In this document: positions 61,152-64,000 of the stretch, piece by piece
Layout: each line of letters starts with the position of its first letter
Numbering within the stretch: the stretch's first letter is position 1
Assembly (NCBI GenBank): GCA_012295275.1
Contig: CM022679.1
Location: 19,716,001 to 19,780,000 of the forward strand
Direction of reading: 5' to 3'
Origin: Chrysomallon squamiferum
Lineage: Eukaryota > Animalia > Mollusca
Length of the DNA: 64,000 nucleotides
Notes under the pieces: model-generated
Told to the model about the DNA's origin: nothing
The model's database searches: none
What the model saw: only the letters and a program-made list of their open reading frames with translations
Program-made: the position numbers and the translations under genes

Positions 61152-61605
61152 AAATAAATAAATAAATAAAATATACAGAAAATATATAACTGGAAATGAA
61201 ATAAAACAATAACATTTTTGTGTGATGTTTTTGTTGAGTTAAAAATATTTATCACAGCATTCATCTATCTGTGTGTATTTTAATTATACAGTACAACTTC
61301 ACTATAATCACGCTGCACATTTTTGTTTATTGTCTTACTTATTTTTTTAATTAATAACCGCAGGCAAAGTTTACATTGGGTATTCCAGCAGTAGTACTTA
61401 GCACAACAGCGTATATCCACTGTTTAATAATAATAAAAAGAATAAAAGAATAAATAAATAAAATAAAAGGAAAACAAAAATCTGTACCTATTATTTTATT
61501 GTATACTTAATAATTTCTAAATGTTATAAAATAATTATAGTATTAGTTAGTAGATCTGTTATTATTTATTGATTTAAACAAAATCGTGTATATGTTATTT
61601 TTAAA

Positions 61606-61691
<86 letters not shown>

Positions 61692-62490
61692 GATCAACCA
61701 TCATCATAGATGTATAGAGAGAAAGAGAGAGTCAGGTAATTTGTTGGACAAGCACTTTTCTGTCAGAAAAATCAATTGTGGTTGCACTGCAGAACGCCAT
61801 TAATATGTTTGGCCTGCATGTTTTATCGTGTTCTTTATTACAATAACAATAATCATACACAGCGAGGGAAAGAGCCTGCAGACATATTTATTATAAAGTG
61901 TTGTCGTATCGCCTCTTGTAACTAACGTCAGTGCATCAGAAACATGTTGAAAACGGTATTGAAATTATATTGGTAAAAGTAAAGTAAATGTTTTTATCAT
62001 TTTATAAATTGTTGGTAATAATTGTGTTGAGGATACAGGTTACATATAAATAAAATAATGAAATAGGCGTAAATACAAAAATAATTTAATCAAAAAAAAA
62101 AAAATAATAAAAAATAATAAAATGCAAAATAAAATTTAAAAACAACAACAACAACAACAACAATAATAATAATAATAATAATAATAATACATGAATGAAT
62201 GAAGGAAGGAATGAAGGAATGAATAAACAAATAAATAAATAAAATAAACAGAAAATATATAACTGGAAAAGAAATATAATTTTTGTGTGATGTTTTTGCT
62301 GCAATAGAAATATTTACCACAGTATTCATCTGTCTGTGTGTATTTAATTAAACAGTACAACTTCACTATAATCGCGTTGCACATTTTTATTTATAGTCTT
62401 ATTTATTTTTATTAATATCCCGCGAGCAATGTTTATATAGGGTTTTCTATCAGTAGTATTCATCTGCTGGGTGTATACATATACTGTTTT
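61090..62490. repeat. Two diverged copies of an ~330-bp segment (about 61090-61420 and 62150-62490)
   Basis: Shared aaaatatataactggaaa...tttttgtgtgatgtttttg...acagtacaacttcactataatc..gcacattttt. Confidence 0.88.
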
Positions 62491-62998
62491 GATTCGAATA
62501 AAAAAAATCAGGAAAAGAACAGACATTTTTTTGTATGTTGTGTTATTGTTTAATTAATAATTCCTATTATTTATTTATTTATTTTCTAATTAAAAAAAAA
62601 AAATCGTTTATATATTATATTTTTAAAATTCTTGTTATTATATAATAATTATAGATGTTTATTTGTTATATCATTTTATTTTATTTTAAGAAATGTATTA
62701 TTAAATTCTAAAATTATTTATTTATTTATTTATTTATTATTTCACAATATATTTTTTTTAATTTTTTAATTATTGTAATTTTTATTTACTTATTTATTTA
62801 TTTTAATAAAAACGACCTTTAATTTACTTTTTTCTTAATTAATAATGCATTTTGTTTGTATTTATCAAAATAACATGAAATTAATGAAATTAATGTTATA
62901 TTTCTTATGCTTTAAAAAGATTAAAAATAATAATGAATAAATAATTGTGTGTGTGTGTGTCGGCAAAGGTTTTTACCATTTACATATCCAATTTTAAG

Positions 62999-63158
62999 GA
63001 GCCACTCTGGGAATCATTCTGGGATGTACAGCAGCTGTACTCTTGGTCGTCATTGTTATCATTGTAATCTGCAAGTTGAGACAAAGACACAAGAAATACA
63101 ACCCATCGTTTGACGAAGCCAGTGATGAAAGCTTTACCAAGTCTGCTCCTAACTCTAG
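62999..63158 (+). CDS. Transmembrane-domain exon of an unidentified type I membrane protein
   Basis: AG/GT bounded, phase-1 start; encodes GATLGIILGCTAAVLLVVIVIIVIC-KLRQRHKK-YNPSFDEASDESF (hydrophobic helix plus basic stop-transfer). Upstream exons could not be joined into an open frame. Confidence 0.65.
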
Positions 63159-63185
63159 GTAAAGTAGTGGACAGAAGAGAGTCTG

Positions 63186-64000
63186 AATGGGTATATATGT
63201 TGTGATGGGGGTGTGGATAATGCGATGGGTGTATGGATATTGTGATGGATGTATGGATGATATGAGGAGTGTATGGATGATGGGATAGGTGTATGCATGA
63301 AGTGATGGGTGTATGGATGATATGATGGATGTCTGGATGATATGATGGGTGTATGGATGATGTGATGGGTGTATGGATAATATGGTGTAAAGATGATATG
63401 ATGGATGTATGAATGATATTATGGTTGTATGGATGATGTGATGGTTGTATGGATGATGTGATGGGTGTATGGATGATACGATGGGTGTATGGATGATACG
63501 ATGGGTGTATATATGATATGATGGATGTATGGATGATATGATGGTGTAAAGATGATATGATGCATGTATGGATGATATTATGGTTGTATGGATGATGCGA
63601 TGGAAGTATGGATGATATGCTGAGTGTATGGATGATGGGATAGGTGTATGCATGATGTGATGGGCGTATGGATGTTGTGCTGAATATATAGATGATATAA
63701 TGGATGTATGGATGATATGATGGATGTATGGATGATATGATGGATGTATGGATGATGTGATGGGTGTATGGATGATATGATGGGTGTATGGATGATGTGA
63801 TAAGTGTATGGATGTTTTGATGGGTGTATGGATGTTATGATGGTGTATAGATGATGTGATGAGTGTATGGATGATTAGATTGGTGTATGGTTGAGGTGAT
63901 GGCTGTATGGATCATGTGATGGGTGTATTGATGACGTGATAAGTGTATGCATGACGTGATGGGTATATGGATGATATGATGGATGTATGGATGATATGAT
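63186..64000 (+). repeat. 20-bp minisatellite (TGGATGTATGGATGATATGA-like), runs off the window
   Basis: Direct periodicity, most regular after about 63700. Confidence 0.95.

Noticed and set aside
62994-63653. 219-aa His/Pro/Ile-rich minus-strand ORF
   Set aside because: Antisense reading of the 20-bp minisatellite plus the plus-strand TM exon.

Overview
AT-rich, intron-rich animal genomic DNA, probably an invertebrate such as a mollusc (inferred from composition and protein divergence only). Four spliced genes could be rebuilt by hand with phase-compatible exons: the 3' part of a CDH23/PCDH15/Cad99C-type cadherin (+, <1-16696), eIF3b (-, 17457-31329), SUZ12 (+, 34007-40978) and ERCC6/CSB (-, 42325-52651). 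An unresolved, possibly decayed single-pass membrane-protein locus follows (+, about 57-63 kb). The best hidden signal is five copies of an ~85-nt box C/D snoRNA-like gene on the sense strand of eIF3b introns, four of them in one intron. Their conserved guide is complementary to 18S rRNA AAAAAAUUAGAGUGU and predicts 2'-O-methylation near the human A811-equivalent. A second theme is duplicated splice sites: two cadherin minisatellites are built from the 5' splice donor (one offers 16 in-frame donors that would add N-glycosylation-sequon repeats), and ERCC6 carries a duplicated acceptor. Also present are a splice-controlled PDZ-type tail, a GC-AG intron, a TISU/YY1 start context and several TIR elements and LINE relics. 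Most ORFs in the supplied track are repeat or low-complexity artefacts. Nothing was database-searched.
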